Part shown: positions 1-14,297 of the stretch, piece by piece
How the letters are laid out: each line of letters opens with the position of its first letter
Numbering within the stretch: the stretch's first letter is position 1
Origin: Paraspadella gotoi
Lineage: Eukaryota; Animalia; Chaetognatha
Direction: 5' to 3'
Assembly: GCA_051294375.1 (NCBI GenBank)
Contig: CM119271.1
Coordinates: 7,616,162 to 7,680,161 of the forward strand
Length of the DNA: 64,000 nt
Made by a program: the position numbers and the translations under genes
The notes under the pieces: generated by a model
The model's database searches: none
What the model was told of the DNA's origin: nothing
The model's input: only the letters and a program-made list of their open reading frames with translations

Positions 1-4
1 CCAG

Positions 5-720
5 AGATGGCGTCGATCGTCGGCGAAGATGCTCCTCTTCGCAACCTCGTCGATTCCTCCGACAACTCTGCGGCAAACTCGGGCGACGAGGCGGAGACAG
101 CGAATCTTTCGGCCAAGTCTTCCGAAGAAAAGTTTGATGAGACGGAGACTCTTTCTCGCGGAGTCGAGTCGCCATCGTCTCTCGTCGACGCAGAAGCAGA
201 AACCGACGCCACGCCCACCGCCGAAAATCCGCCCGACTCTCATCTTCGTGAGACGCTAGTGCCAACTCCTCTTGCCGAAGAAGGCAACGACGTCGGTGGC
301 GATTTTACCGCCAACGGCGCCGTCGATCCTTTGACCCCAGTGCCTGGGCCTGCGGAAGTCGCCGCTGACGACCAAATCGCCTTTAGTCCGAAAGGCGGCG
401 TTCCAGCCGAGGCCAATGTACCCAAAGGCCTCCGCCTTTCCAATCACAAACGCAATACCGCCCATCGGCCGGCGGGGCTTCAACCGGGCCTCGCCGGTTC
501 TAAACCCTTTGGCGGTGGTTTTCGCCAGGCAGCCAAAACCTCGTCCGCTTCGTCGTCGCGACCCATCGCTGAGATTTTCGCCAAGCAAAAGGCGCAGCAA
601 GAAGGCGGAGCCGAGCGGCGCGTCGTGGACGGGGCTCGATCCGACTCGCGGACTGCGATACTGACCAACGCCAACTTCAATCTGGTCGACCGATCCAAAC
701 GCGTCATCAGCGACGATTAA
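5..720 (+). CDS. Terminal coding exon of an unidentified gene (acidic, low-complexity C-terminus); 5' part lies outside the window
   Basis: The window starts CCAG| (acceptor-like), followed by a 237-codon GC-rich open frame ending TAA at 718-720 and then AT-rich UTR-like sequence. No recognisable domain. Confidence 0.55.
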
Positions 721-1223
721 AAACCTCATTTTCTTTTATTGTTGCTAATTTTCTCGATCGTATTCAATCGATTCGAGAGCAAAAAAAAAAGGCAACTCTT
801 TTACGACAAACGAACAAACACGCGATATTTTAAACCGCACTAAATGTACACTTTTCCTCTCGCCACGCTTCTCGGCAAATAATCGTTTTCGCCGGAAGAT
901 TTTCTTTGTTCAATACTAAAATCATTCCAAGCTGAGTCGTTTCGTTTCGACGTCCGCTCGCCCTCCTCCGGCCCCCTCTCCCTTTAACTCCCATTGTTAT
1001 CCCGTTTTTACTCAAATTTCTAGTCACAAGCGGTTAAGCGCGATTACATTCTCGTTTGATTATCTCTTTTCTTTTCAAAATTTTTCGTAGGTATCTTTTG
1101 ACGACCAACTACAGCCGTTCGAACAAAATGAACATGAACGAAATTTTGCAACCAGTTCCGAGAATTACGGCTTTCAGCTACAAAGTCTGTCTGTGATAAT
1201 ATTTCAAGCTAAAATCTTTGACC

Positions 1224-4200
1224 ATGAATTTATCTAGGTAACGGAACTAATTAATTTCTTTTACTCTCGCAAGCTTTGGCTTCATTTTAGGTCTATAACT
1301 TAACAATTTCCTTTTCCTGCAGCGACCCGTCTCCCTCGGAGGATTTGGTTTGGGCCACGGCCTATTGCGGGCCGGTGGTTCCTCTGTGGAATGCGAGCTC
1401 CACGATGAGGTCGTCTTCGCCCAACCTGACTGACTGTTTTCAGAGAGCCGTTCTGGTCCCGATTCCTTGCCTCTTCTTTTTCCTCGTCCTTCCTTTCCAC
1501 GTGGTCGTCATCCGACGCAAAAATCGAGGCTACATACCCGTCGCTCTTCTCAACGCATTTAAAATGGTCGCCTTGGCATTGATGCTGCTGATGATACTGA
1601 TGGATTTTGGCATCTTGTTGTATCTACAGTACGGGCTGGATCTGTTTTTTCCTCCCGATCACTTCGCGACACCGGCGTATCTTTATCTCACGTTGTGCTT
1701 CGCGGGTGAGTCGGTGCATGGGTTATTTGGGCGATTTGATGACAACAACGACAACAACAACCTTAACGACTCTTGAACTTACCTAAATCGTGACCTACGA
1801 CTTAAGTTCAAAAAGTTAACCGACCACTTGATTCGTTTTGACTCTCATTGTTAATTGGGTTATGAGATTTACTAAAAGCAAGTTTTGTCTTTAATTAAAA
1901 AAAAATAATTATAAGCATTTATTAAAAATATCGAATTGCTCTAATTCTTAGGATGGTTGATGTACTACGAAAGACAGAAAGGATGTCAATCATCGGGATG
2001 TCTCTGGCTTTTCTGGTTCCTTCTCACTCTCGTCCTCACCGTTGCCTTTCGCTCGTACATCTTAGAACCGCAAATCGAACCGCAATACGGCAAACTCAGA
2101 TCTGTCATCTTCTTCATCTTCTTCGGCGCGGTCGTCATCGAATTCTTCCTTCATTGCTTCGCCGAAGCTACGCCTCCATCGCTCTTATCCGATCACGCCA
2201 ATCCCTGTCCCGAATCTTCTTCCTCTTTTCTTTCCCGCATAACCTTTAACTGGTTCTTCAAGATGGCCTGCCGGGGTTTCCGTAAGCCGCTTCAGGCGCA
2301 GGACATTTGGGATTTGGATCCCTACGACAGGGCCTTCAATCTCGACCAAATCTTCCGGAAAAAGTGGGAAAAGTTCGGCCATTACTGGGAAGTCCTTGCA
2401 AAGGATAGAGTCAGACTGAAAAATCTCGCCAAGTCCGAAACTCCGGAGAAGGTCGCGTTTATAAAAAAATCTCCCACAGAGAATCACGAGGAAGAATCTA
2501 AGACGAAAAATGCCGGTGGGGATGATGATGACGGCGTCGTAGTAGTCGTTCGCAACGGCCAAACCCGTGACGACGAGAACGAAACCGGCAACACCAATGA
2601 AAACGCCAAGCGCCGTCCTTTTTTCAGTCGCCGTGCCAAGGCCTCCGATAAAATCGACGATAAAAAAGAGGCCAAGGAGAAGAACCAATCCTCCTTGTGG
2701 AGCGCGCCCAGAGGTGGAAAACGCTATTTGCTCAATACTCTGTTGATCGCGTTTGGAAAGACATTTCTCTTCGCCGTGTTTTTCAAATTAATTCACGACT
2801 TGTTGCTTTTCGTCCCTCCCTACTTCTTAAACAAGCTCATCGCCTACATACGTGCCGTTCACGACGGTAAAGTGGGAACCTCGAAAAGTGAGGATTACCA
2901 ATTTTGGCACGGTTACTTTTACGCCGCCCTACTATACGTGGCGGCCATCGTGCAGACGATCATGTTGCATCAATATTTTCACCGTTGCATCTTGACGGGG
3001 ATGTGGCTTCGCTCATCCGTTATCGCTGCCATCTATCGCAAGAGTCTCAATCTAAGTTCTTTTTCCCGCCAATCGACGACCGTCGGAGAAATCGTCAATC
3101 TCATGGCCGTCGACGCGCAGAAGTTCATGGAAATCTGCACCTATCTAAACATGGTCTGGTCTGCTCCGCTGCAGATCGCCATAGGCATTTACTTGCTCTG
3201 GGGATTGCTGGGTCCTTCGACCTTGGCGGGCATCGGCGTTATGATCCTCCTCATGCCAATCAACGGCGCCTTGGCAAACTTCTACAAAGTTTATCAAATC
3301 GAACAGATGAAGTTGAAAGATGAAAGAATAAAAATGGTAAACGAGGTTCTTAACGGAATAAAGGTGCTAAAGCTCTACGGTTGGGAACCTTCCTTTCTCA
3401 GGAAAATGTCCGATATTCGAAAAAGGGAAGTCGTGTACATTCGGAAAATGGCCATTCTAAATGCCGTCTCTAGTTTGTTATGGACGTGCGCGCCAAATTT
3501 TATTTCCCTGGCCACATTCTACACTTACGTCTTGACCAATTCTAGCAAAGATCTCGATGCACAAAAAGCCTTTGTTTCCATGTCGTATTTTAACATTCTG
3601 CGTTTCCCGATGAGCGTTTTGCCGATGATGATTTCTAGTCTGGTACAGGCATACGTCTCCTTAAAGCGCATCAATAACTTTTTGCGCTTGGAAGAGTTGG
3701 ATCGGAACAACGTGGAACCGACGACGTCCGTCAACGATTCCGTGAAGATCGAGGGGGGTGCCTTCCAATGGGGCGTCGACGCTCCCATCATTCTTGACAA
3801 CGTCGATATCTCGATCAATCGGGGCTCTCTCGTCGCCGTCGTTGGCCCCGTCGGTTGCGGAAAATCTTCTCTCGTCTCTGCCATTTTAGGTAACATGCAC
3901 AAGACGCGTGGTAGAGTTACGCGCAGCTCTTCCATCGCCTTTGTCCCGCAGCAACCTTGGATCCAGAACGACACGCTTGAGTCCAACGTCCTTTTTCACG
4001 CTGCCCGTGTCGATGATCAATACGCAAAGGTCCTCTGGGCATGCGCACTCGAACCCGACCTTGCCATGTTGCCCAACGGCGACCAGACGGAGATAGGCGA
4101 GAAGGGCATCAATTTGTCAGGCGGGCAAAAGCAGCGAATCTCTCTCGCTCGCGCAGTCTACGCCGACCGAGAGGTCTATCTGTTGGACGACCCGCTCTCC

Positions 4201-6541
4201 GCCGTTGATAGCCACGTCGGCAAACACATTTTCGATCACGTGATCGGCCCGGAGGGTCTATTGTCGGGAAAGACGCGCCTTCTGGTCACTCACTCGATCG
4301 CGTTTCTGGATCGCGTTGATTACATTTACGTCGTCAACGAGGGCGTCATCACGGAGCGGGGATCCTTTGTCGAACTCATGGCCGCCGACGGAAAATTCAT
4401 GGAGTTCATAAATCTCCATTCTAAGAAGGCGGGAGAAGAAGATGACAAAGTCGTTGATTCGGAAGAGAAGGCCTTGTCCTCTCTGCAAATGAACCTGTTG
4501 ACGCCGAAGATGAGCAATGACGCGCTCTCGGTTGACGGTTCTAAAACGTCGGTACCGTCTGCCGTATTTACTACTAACGCCGAACCCGACGTAGAAACGG
4601 GCAAGAAAAGTCCCGAGGCGCAGCCGTTGTCGCCGAAACAGGCAAAATCCCCAGCGGTCAAGCTGATCCAGGAAGAAGGAGCGGAGATCGGAAACGTCAA
4701 GATGAGCGTCGTCAAGATGTACGTCTTAGCCGTGGGCACTGTCTTCGCCGTCTTCGGCAGCTTGTTTTATCTCATTCAGCAAGCCTTCGACGTTGGCATC
4801 AGCTTCTGGTTAGCCGATTGGGCCAACGAGAACGAACGATTGAAGTTGGATCCCAACGCGACGGCGACGATTGATCTCCACGAGAGACTCATCGTTTATA
4901 CGTCTTTGACCGTCATAATGGGAATCGTCGTCGTCAGCGGATCCTTCATGGTGGCTATCGGGAACATTCGCGCGAGTCGCAAGCTCCACGACGATCTCGC
5001 CTACAACATACTTCGTTCGCCCATGTCGTTTTTCGACACGGTTCCTCAGGGTCGCATCCTCAATCGTTTTTCGAAAGACATCGACACCATAGACTCCACG
5101 ATCCCTTTCTCAATCCGCGGTTTTCTCGGCACTTTTGTCCGCGTTCTCGGCACAATCATCATCGTCTGCATCAGCACCCCATTTTTTCTCGCCGTCTGTC
5201 CCTTCCTCTTTCTATTTTACTTCTTCGCCCAACGGTTCTACATCCCTGCGTCGAGGCAGTTAAAGCGATTGGAGAGCGTCACGCGATCGCCCATCTACTC
5301 TCATTTCGGCGAGTCAATCACGGGCGTCACTACCATCCGCGCCTACAATCGCCAGGACGAGTTTATCGACAAGATTTTTGAACTGGTCGACTCCAATGTT
5401 GCCTGCTACTTTCCCAACATGGTTTCCAACCGGTGGCTGGCCATTCGCCTCGAATTCGTTGGCAACTCGATCATGTTTTTCGCCGCTCTCTTTGCCGTCG
5501 TCAAGGCGAAGACGATAGAATCGGGCACGGCCGGCCTCGCCATCTCTGCCGCTATGCAGATCACTCAGACTCTAAACTGGATGGTGAGAATGACATCCGA
5601 GTTAGAAAATAACATAGTTAGCGTAGAAAGGATCAAGGAATACACGGAAACTCCCACCGAGGCGCCATGGAAAATCAAAGGGAAAAAGCCGCCCGACGAA
5701 TGGCCGCGCCTCGGCAACGTTGAGTTTTTACGCTTGGATCTTCGATACCGGGAAGGCTTGGAGCTTGTCCTCAAGGGCGTCAACATCTCCGTCAAGGACG
5801 GCGAGAAGGTCGGCATCGTTGGCCGGACAGGAGCCGGGAAATCTTCACTCACCGTGGCGCTTTTCCGCCTGGTAGAGGCGGCCGCCGGCGAAATTGACAT
5901 CGACTCTGTCGACATCGCCAAGATCGGACTCCACGACCTGAGGACCAAGCTTAGCATCATCCCGCAGGACCCCGTTCTCTTTTCGGGATCATTGAGGATG
6001 AATCTCGATCCGTTCGACGCCTACTCGGACGACGCCGTCTGGGAGGCGCTTGAGCACGCTCATCTCAAGGACTACGTCAAGGGTTTGGAAGAAGGACTGG
6101 GGCACATTTGCAGCGAAGGAGGAGAGAATCTCTCGGTAGGCCAACGTCAGTTAGTCTGCCTGGCGCGGGCGCTTCTCAGAAAATCGAAAATTCTCGTTTT
6201 GGACGAGGCCACGGCCGCCGTCGACCTGGAGACCGATCGCCTTATACAGGTGACGTTCGTTTCGATTGAAAATTTTGGAGAGAGTTATGTTTTTTTTGTC
6301 GATTGTAAATTCATTTTAATTTTTTATTGCTCCGCTCTTTACTATTTAGGCAACAGTACGATCTCAATTCTCCGCCAGCACGATCCTCACCATCGCTCAT
6401 CGTCTCAACACCGTCATGGATTACGACAAGATCCTCGTCATGGACGCCGGTCTCGTCGCTCAATACGATTCGCCACAAAACTTATTGAAAAATCAAAAGG
6501 GGATCTTCTACGGGATGGCGAAGGACGCTCACCTTGTTTAA
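1224..6541 (+). CDS. ABCC1: Multidrug resistance-associated protein 1-like ABC transporter (ABCC subfamily with TMD0); exons 1224-1237, 1323-1705, 1952-6249, 6350-6541
   Basis: Motifs include PNLTDCFQ (TMD0), [18 protein letters not shown] (L0), Walker [10 protein letters not shown] and GRTGAGKSS, signature LSGGQKQR and LSVGQRQL, and Walker B YLLDD and [12 protein letters not shown] introns join the exons in frame, and the last exon reads TILTIAHRL. Confidence 0.93.
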
Positions 6542-6825
6542 TAAAAAAAAAATACTTTGATTTAGTTTAATTTCGTGTTCGTTATTCGGGTCAAGAGGCA
6601 GCCGTTTTATTGGGTTTTCATATGCTGTGTATATGAATTCGTTTTTCCGTGTGCTATTTATTAATTTTTTTTTTCGACCACAAAAACTATCTACAAATCG
6701 AGCTATCTTTTGGAGACCAAAAATTTTGGTTTCGGGTATTTTTTTTCGTTTTTTAAATTGACAAACTCTAAATTGACTTGATCTCCAGATAAAAAAAAGT
6801 GTTTCCCGCTTTCTAAATAGTCGCG

Positions 6826-8908
6826 ATGGCCACCTCGCTTGGGGCTAACACTTACAATAGACAAAATTGGGAAGATGCCGATTTTCCCATCTTGTGTCAG
6901 ACCTGTTTGGGTGACAATCCTTACATCAGGATGACGAAGGAAAAGTACGGAAAGGAATGCAAGATTTGCGAAAGGCCCTTTACCGTTTTTCGATGGTGTC
7001 CAGGTAATTTTCCTGCTTGTTTCCCCAAGTCCCGTGATTGAGTTACCGTCTCATGTAGATGGAATTGCTTGACTTTGTCCCCTGATCTTTTCTTTTTTCT
7101 CAATTTCTTTTTTTTGGTTCATTTTTATTGTTAACGTATAAAAAGTTTTTTGCAACCATTCCCGTAATTATTTGTTTGCTCTGTTTTCTTTTCAAGAAAA
7201 AAAAATTTTATGGTTTTGCATCACAACCCACTAATCACGCTTTGCATATTACTTACCAGGAGCTAAGATGCGTTTCAAAAAGACCGAAGTGTGTCAAACG
7301 TGCTGCAAACTGAAAAACGTCTGTCAGACTTGCCTGCTTGATCTGGAATACGGCCTGCCGGTTCAAGTTCGAGATCAGGCCCTACAGATGAAAAACGAGA
7401 TGCCGAGATCCGACGTCAACAGGGAATATTACACGCAGGTACGTTGTTGGTAGGACTATGTGGGATTGTTCTTTTTTATTTTTAAAATTAATGAAAATTA
7501 ATGTATTCTTGTATTTTGCTAGAATGCCGAACGCATGCTGGATCAAGCTGGGACATCGGGCTCATTGACTGCGGTGGGCGGCGGGAAAATGTCGGCGCCG
7601 TCCGACATGCTTCTCAAACTGGCTCGAACTACTCCGTACTACAAGAGGAATCGTCCGCACATTTGCTCTTTTTGGGTCAAAGGTAAGGTTTCGGTCATGT
7701 TTACTGTATAGGATTTAGATTGTTATTGAGTGAAACTAAACCCAATTTTTCATTTGTTTTCCCGGTAATTAACTGCATTATTTTCTATTTAATTCGTTTT
7801 ATCGTTGCCAAAGGCGAATGTAAACGTGGTGAGGAATGTCCCTACCGTCACGAGAAACCGACAGATCCCGACGATCCTCTTGCTGATCAAAACATCAAGG
7901 ACAGGTTCTACGGGTCCAACGATCCCGTCGCCAACAAACTCCTCAATCGCGCCCAAGCAATGCCCGCGCTCAGGCCGCCTGAGGACCAAAGGTAAATATT
8001 AAGTTTTTCTAATTTAAATACTAAATAGAATTTTTACCATAAAAAAATAAATGAATTGATTTGTCATTTAGCGTTACAACTCTCTATGTGGGCGGCATCG
8101 TGGACGAATCGATCACGGAAAAGGACCTTCGCGATCATTTCTATCAGTTCGGCGAGATTCGCTCAATCAACTTGACTCACAAGAATCACTGCGCCTTCAT
8201 CACTTTTACCACTCGTAGTGCCTGCGAACAGGCCGCCGAAAAGTCGTTTAACAAAGTAAGTACCAGAATATTGCGTTTGTAATGTGGAGTTGTTCATCAT
8301 TAAAAAAACTTATAAGGAATTTTAAAGTGTTGGTTGTAATAATTTTGTATAACTTTTACTCTTTCCAGTTAATCGTTCACGGAAAACGATTGACGGTACG
8401 ATGGGGACGAAGCCACGGTCTCGGAGGAAGAGAAGACGAAGATGACGGTGCGCCGAACAGAGGAACGAAAACCGAACCCGTACCTAATCTTCCTGGTATG
8501 ATTATATTTATTATTTTATCAGGCCACCCTGATGTGATGAGCGGGGTTTTCCGTTTTTAAATATCATCTGCATATTTCCACATTTACACTTATTTCTCAG
8601 GCCCGGTGCCGATGCCGCCGCAAGAGCTTGTCATGGGTAACGATTTTTTCAACCTCGGTGGATCTATACCTCGCCTTCCCGCGGGATTGCCGCCGCCGCC
8701 GATGATTCCCGCCGGATGGATGCCGCCGCCACCGGGAATGGGGGCGCCCTTCCGGCTTCCCGCCGGCGCGATGCCAATGCCTGGCATGAACCTTGCGCCC
8801 GGAATGATGGCTCCGGGAATTCGTAGTTTCGCTCCGGTACATTATCCATCGCAGGATCCCACTCGCATGGGTGCCAACGACGGCGCTGGCTCTTCGAAGA
8901 ATTCTTGA
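6826..8908 (+). CDS. RBM22: Pre-mRNA splicing factor RBM22 (zinc fingers + RRM + Pro-rich tail), 7 exons
   Basis: [55 protein letters not shown] (CCCH) and the [11 protein letters not shown]...[14 protein letters not shown]. The exons join in frame. Confidence 0.96.
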
Positions 8909-9151
8909 CCATCCTTAGTGAACCAGATTCGTTCTCTGTTGCTTTTTTCCCCTTCGATTGAATGGATATGTAAATTTGTTTTCTCACCACTGAAATGTAT
9001 TCACACTACTATAATTCTTGTGCATTTCTTTTTTTTCCCTTAAACACAGCCGCTCGGATTCATGATTCTGTTTGCTTTATTTTTGTACGACATAACTTGT
9101 ATAAAGACGCAACAAATCCAAAGACCTAAAACCTAAAAATAAGCTTCTAAG

Positions 9152-12100
9152 ATGCCGACCTATTTTCAACGCCCCGAGAATGCCCTGAAAAGGGCAAACG
9201 AGTTCATCGACGTCGGAAAGAAGCAGGTAAGATATATGTGATGATTTAAAAATATTTAAACGATGAAAGTTAATTTCAACGTGGATGATTAATTCATTGT
9301 TTAATTCTCTTGTTAGCGAGCTTTGGACGCCCTGTATGACGTGATCAAGTCGAAGAAGCATCGAACATGGCAGAAGATTCACGAGCCGATCATGGAAAAG
9401 TACCTCGAGCTCTGCGTGGACCTGCGGAAGAGTCACGTGGCGAAGGAGGGCCTCTACCAGTACAAAAACATTTGCCAACAAGTCAACATCAAATCCCTCG
9501 AAGATGTCGTTCGTGGCTTCCTCAAACTGGCAGAGGAACGCACCGAAGAGGCGCGAGAATCTTCCCAGCAAACCGTCTTGGACATCGAGGATCTCGATCA
9601 GGTCTTTTCAACATTTTCTTTACAAATCATAATTACAGATAAATTATCTTTCCATTTTCCCATCCGTAGCTGACCACGCCGGAATCCCTCCTTCTGGCCG
9701 CCGTGTCTGGGGAATCCACGCAGGATCGAACGGACCGAGAGATGCTGACCCCGTGGGTCAAGTTTCTGTGGGAAGCTTACAGGCAGTGTTTGGATCTGCT
9801 CAGAAACAACGCTAGGGTCGAAAGGCTGTATCAGGTGAGCAGTGGAGGTGGCGATTAGAGTCCGTTTTATAAATGAACTTCCTTTAAATTATCATTTCAT
9901 GATAACAGGATACAGCGCAGAATGCGTTCAAGTTTTGCATCAAGTACGCGCGCAAGACTGAGTTTCGCAAGTTATGCGATAATCTTCGGATGCATCTCGG
10001 ACACGTCACTAAGCACCAACACCAAGCGTCGTCGATTAATCTCAACAATCCGGATAGTCAGGTTAGCTTTTCCATGTCCCGAGTTATTGTCGAATGTAAC
10101 AAAATTGCAACATGCCTCTTCGCAAATTAATTTTTCTTCGTTCCTGTGATTTGTCCAGGCAATGCACTTGGAAACTCGCCTTGCGCAATTGGATTCCGCG
10201 ATTACAATGGAATTGTGGCAGGAAGCGTACAAGGTCAGTCTAGGTTATCACAATTGATCTATTTGTCCCTCAATTACCTTATCTTTGTTCTACGTTGTAG
10301 GCTATCGAAGACGTTCATAACATGATGGGGCTGTCGAAAAAGCCGCCCAAGCCTCAGCTGATGGCCAATTACTATCAGAAATTGGCGCTGGTCTTCTGGA
10401 AGGCGGGCAACAAGCTTTTTCACGCCTGCGCGCTCGCACGTCTTTTTCAGCTCTCGAGAGAGCAGCGGAAGAACCTCTCAAGTCAGTGGAAGATGAATTT
10501 CACAATCACTTTCCTCTTTTTATATCTTTACTTTTTTTTCCCCCCCATTTTCAGGTGACGAGCTAGCCAAGATGGCGACGCGTCTGCTCCTTTCCACGCT
10601 GGGTATCCCGCTCCCGCCGGCCCGCGGTGAGATGGACAAGCTGCTGGACATGCAAGACAACACATTGGAAAAGCAGCGCAAACTCGCTACGCTGCTCGGC
10701 CTCAACACGCCGCCCACTCGAAGCTCGCTTCTTAAAGGTTGGAGTCGTGGAATTGTACGCAGCGACTTTAAAGATTTACGCGATATGATTTTGTGACATA
10801 TTCCGCCCCTTTTCTCCCTCATAGAACTGAACAAGATCGGCGTGATCCAGTTCGTGCCGCCGGAAATCGCGGTCCTGTTCACGCTCCTTGAAGCTGACTT
10901 CGACCCCTTGAAGCTCTGCCACCGCGTCAAGCACTCCCTCGACGCCATTGAGGCCTTCGCCACCGCCAAGGATCCCTCCATCCAGCAATATGTGGGCTCG
11001 TTGCAGGACATCGCCATCGTTCGTCTCATCAAGCAGTTGTCGCAGGTGACAAGAGCAAAGAAATTTTGAGGTTGTTAAAATTAATGTTAAATCATTAAAT
11101 AGTTTGGCTTAGCAGATAATATTTTGAATATATATGAATTTTGATCATTTGTGAATTTCCTATGAAAAAACATACATATGTGACTTAGTTTGATTTTATT
11201 TTTCCATATTCTGCGACTCCCAGGTGTACGACACCATCTCCCTGTCTCGCGTGTGCGAGCTGATCCCCTTCTCCAGCCCCCAGCACGTTGAGCTCGTGCT
11301 GATCGACGCCTCGCGCAACTTCGATCTTCAAGCGCGCGTGGATCATCGATCCGGATCCGTCGCGTTCGGGCAGGATCTGTCGGGATCGCACAGGGACGAA
11401 TTCCCCGCCGACGACGCTCCAGTGTTCCAGGTGAGAGAGAGAGAGCGAATAAAAAATATGAAGAAAAAGAAATAACGAGAGAAAAATAATAAGAGAGATC
11501 CAAAATTTATTTTTTTCCCGCACTCTAGGCTATGCCCAGCGACGTTATACGCGATCAGATTCGTAACATGTCTGACATCCTGAACAAAGCGGCGCTCAAG
11601 ATTAATCCTACGGCCCAACTACAGGGGCTGGAGGAACTGAGGCACCAACTGCTGCATGTCTACAAGAAGACCGCAAGGAACGAGCATACCCAGGTACGAT
11701 GGACAAGCAAGCTCTTTTGTTCTTAATTTTCGTATTAAATTTTATTTTCGTTCTCCCAGGTTCTCCACCGCCGTCAAATCATCGAAAACCGGAAGGAGAT
11801 GCTGGAAACGGAAAACACGCGTCGCGAGCGCGAGGAGCAGGAGGCGTTGGAGGAGCAGCGGCGCCAGGCTTACGTGCAGGAGCAGGATCGGCTCAACAAG
11901 GAGGCCGAGGAACGCGAGCGACAGAGGCAGGAGCGAGAGAGGACGGAGATCCAGAAGCAGCTCAACCGGGAACGTCTGGAGAAGCTGAAGACCACCGTGC
12001 TGGGATCGAAGATTGTCAAGGTATTAGTTCTTTAATTTAATTTTAGAAAAACCTTAAACCTTAAAATTTAACTGCAGAGCTCATCTTAATGTTTCCTTTC

Positions 12101-14297
12101 TTTTCCTTTTCTTTTTCCCCACTTTAGGACATTCTGGATAACGAGGAAGAGTTGGCCGAGCTGGACGCCGACACCATCTTGGCCAAACAAGTGGAGCAGC
12201 TCGAACGCGAAAAGAAAGAGTTGCAGGCCAAATTGAAGGCCCAGGAGAAGAAAGTGGATCATTTCGTCCGTGCCTGTCACATGGTCAGTTCGATAATTTT
12301 AACTGCGGATTTTCAGTATTTAAGATATTAAATGTTTAATGTCTTAATTGACAGGAGGAAATTCCGGTGCTGGATAAAGAGTTTGCCGAGTTCAGCAGTG
12401 AAGATCGTGAATGGTGGGCCACGCAGGAGTCGGAACGTGTTGCTCAGCTCAAACGCGAGCGGGAGGATGCGCTTAAACACCAAAAGCGCCTTGCCAGGAT
12501 GTCCGCTGTAATGAGAAATAGAGAGATGGAGAGAGAGAGCGCGTGTTTCCCAACCTTTATTTCTTTTCTTCCCTCAGGACAAGAGCGAATTCATCAAAAC
12601 CCTGAAGGAGGCTCGCAAGAACATTTACAAGCAGAAGCTTCGTGAGTACGAGGAGGAGATAAAGGACGAGCGCGTCAAGCGTCTCGCCGACCGTAAGGCC
12701 GCCCGCAAGGAAGAGCGCCGCTCCAAATACATCAAGGAGAAAGAGGAGGCCAAGCAACGCGCCGCCGAAGAACAGATGAAGAAGGACAGGGAGGATGAGA
12801 AGCGCAGGAAGGAGGCCGAGTACGAGGAGAAAATTCGCAAGCTGGAGGAAATCGAGGAGAGGAAGAGAGAGAAGGAGCGCGAGGTGGAGAGGAGGGTGGA
12901 GGAGGAGAAGAGAAGGCTCGACGAGGAGAAAGAAAAGAGGACGACGGATAGGAACGGAGGATTCGAGAGGGATAACTGGAGGGAGGGAGGAAAGAACGAG
13001 GAGGAGAAGGGAAAGTCGGAAGTCTGGCGTCCGGCTGGAAACTCGAGCTGGCGCGAACGAGAGAAGGAACGACAGGAGCGTTGGCGCCGTCCCTCGGAGA
13101 CGGAGGAACCGGGAAGAGGATCAGAGGAACGAGCGACAGACGATCGTAAGAGAGGTTGTTCGAAACTGGAATCACTGTGTTCATTTATGAAAAAGCATAT
13201 ATGGCCTCATATTTATAAAAAAAAAATTTCGTCCATTAAACAACAGCCGACGATTGGCGCGCTACTCGGGGCGGACCTCCGTCGCCGGACCGCCGTATAC
13301 CCGATCGCCGTCAAGATGATGATCGTCGTCCGCCGCCCAGAGATGAAGAAGAACGCCGTCCTGGAGGGTGGCGCGAGAGACAGGCGGCTAAGGGAGGCGA
13401 TGATTGGCGTAGCTCAAGGTATGTCCTTGAGGGGGGGATAACGATTTATAAAGATATTATTGTTAACGGAAAATAATGTACTTATTTATTTGTACAATAA
13501 CTTTGAAATACATTTTTTGTTTTCGCTTTACTTTTCTGTTGGGGAGGGTTAGACTTTAATTGTGTTGTGTGTTATTGTATCAAATTTTTGATATGAAATA
13601 AACTACTCATTATCCTTCCGAAGCCGATATGAAAATTGTTTGTTGTCCCGACAGAGACGGACCCTCGCGCGACGAAGGAGGCTGGAGAGGACGCGGCACT
13701 AGAGACGACCGTCCGGCGCAGGACGACGACAACAAATGGAGACGAGGAAATAGGGACGACCGCGGCATGAGGGACGACCGAGGAATTCGCGACGATCGAG
13801 GCCCCAGAGATGATCGCGGCCCTCGGGGAGATCGAGGACCTCGAGACGACCGCGGGCCCAGGGACGATCGTCGTCCCAGGGACGATCGCGACGATAGGGG
13901 GCCGCGAGGAGGCGGAATGTCTCGTGGCGGCGACGATAATTGGCGACGGGGAGGTGATGACGGTCCGAGGGCACCCGCTCGCAGCGGCGGCAGCGACGAC
14001 GGTCCCAAACGCGATTGGCGCGGCGCGGACCGCGACCCTCCTTCTCGCGAGGACTGGGGTCGGGGAACGAGGGACGCGCCGCCTCGTGGAGGCCCCCGAG
14101 ACGATCAGCGCGGCGGGCCCCGCGGAGGAGATGAGGGAGGATGGCGAGGTCGCGGAGGAGACGGTCCACGCGACGGACCGAGAGAGGGACCTCGAGACGA
14201 GTGGCGCAGGGACCAAAGGCCGAAGTCAGATGCGCCGCCCCGGAACACGCCGCCGCCCACCGAGGACGGCTGGAGCACGGTTTCCAAGAAGAAATAA
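9152..14297 (+). CDS. EIF3A: Eukaryotic translation initiation factor 3 subunit A, ~16 exons
   Basis: [48 protein letters not shown], a PCI region, an E/R/K coiled coil and C-terminal DDRGPR repeats ending [10 protein letters not shown]. Confidence 0.96.
13754..13905 (+). repeat. Coding tandem repeat (18-nt unit, RDDRGP) in the eIF3a C-terminus
   Basis: The translation [45 protein letters not shown] is typical of the metazoan eIF3a repeat region. Confidence 0.85.

Noticed and set aside
1128-1196. Upstream ATG ORF (MNMNEILQP...) as the ABCC1 first exon
   Set aside because: Its possible donors are out of phase with exon 1323, whereas ATG 1224 with AG|GTAACG joins in phase. At most it is a uORF or lies in an outron.
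6250-6570. C-terminal extension of the 1537-aa ORF
   Set aside because: It reads through intron 6250-6349. The true last exon (ATVRSQF...TIAHRL) is in another frame and ends at 6541.
7004-13653. Intronic snoRNAs in the longer RBM22 and eIF3a introns
   Set aside because: No clean C/D box pair with a terminal stem and no H/ACA double hairpin could be seen by eye. An Infernal search would be needed.
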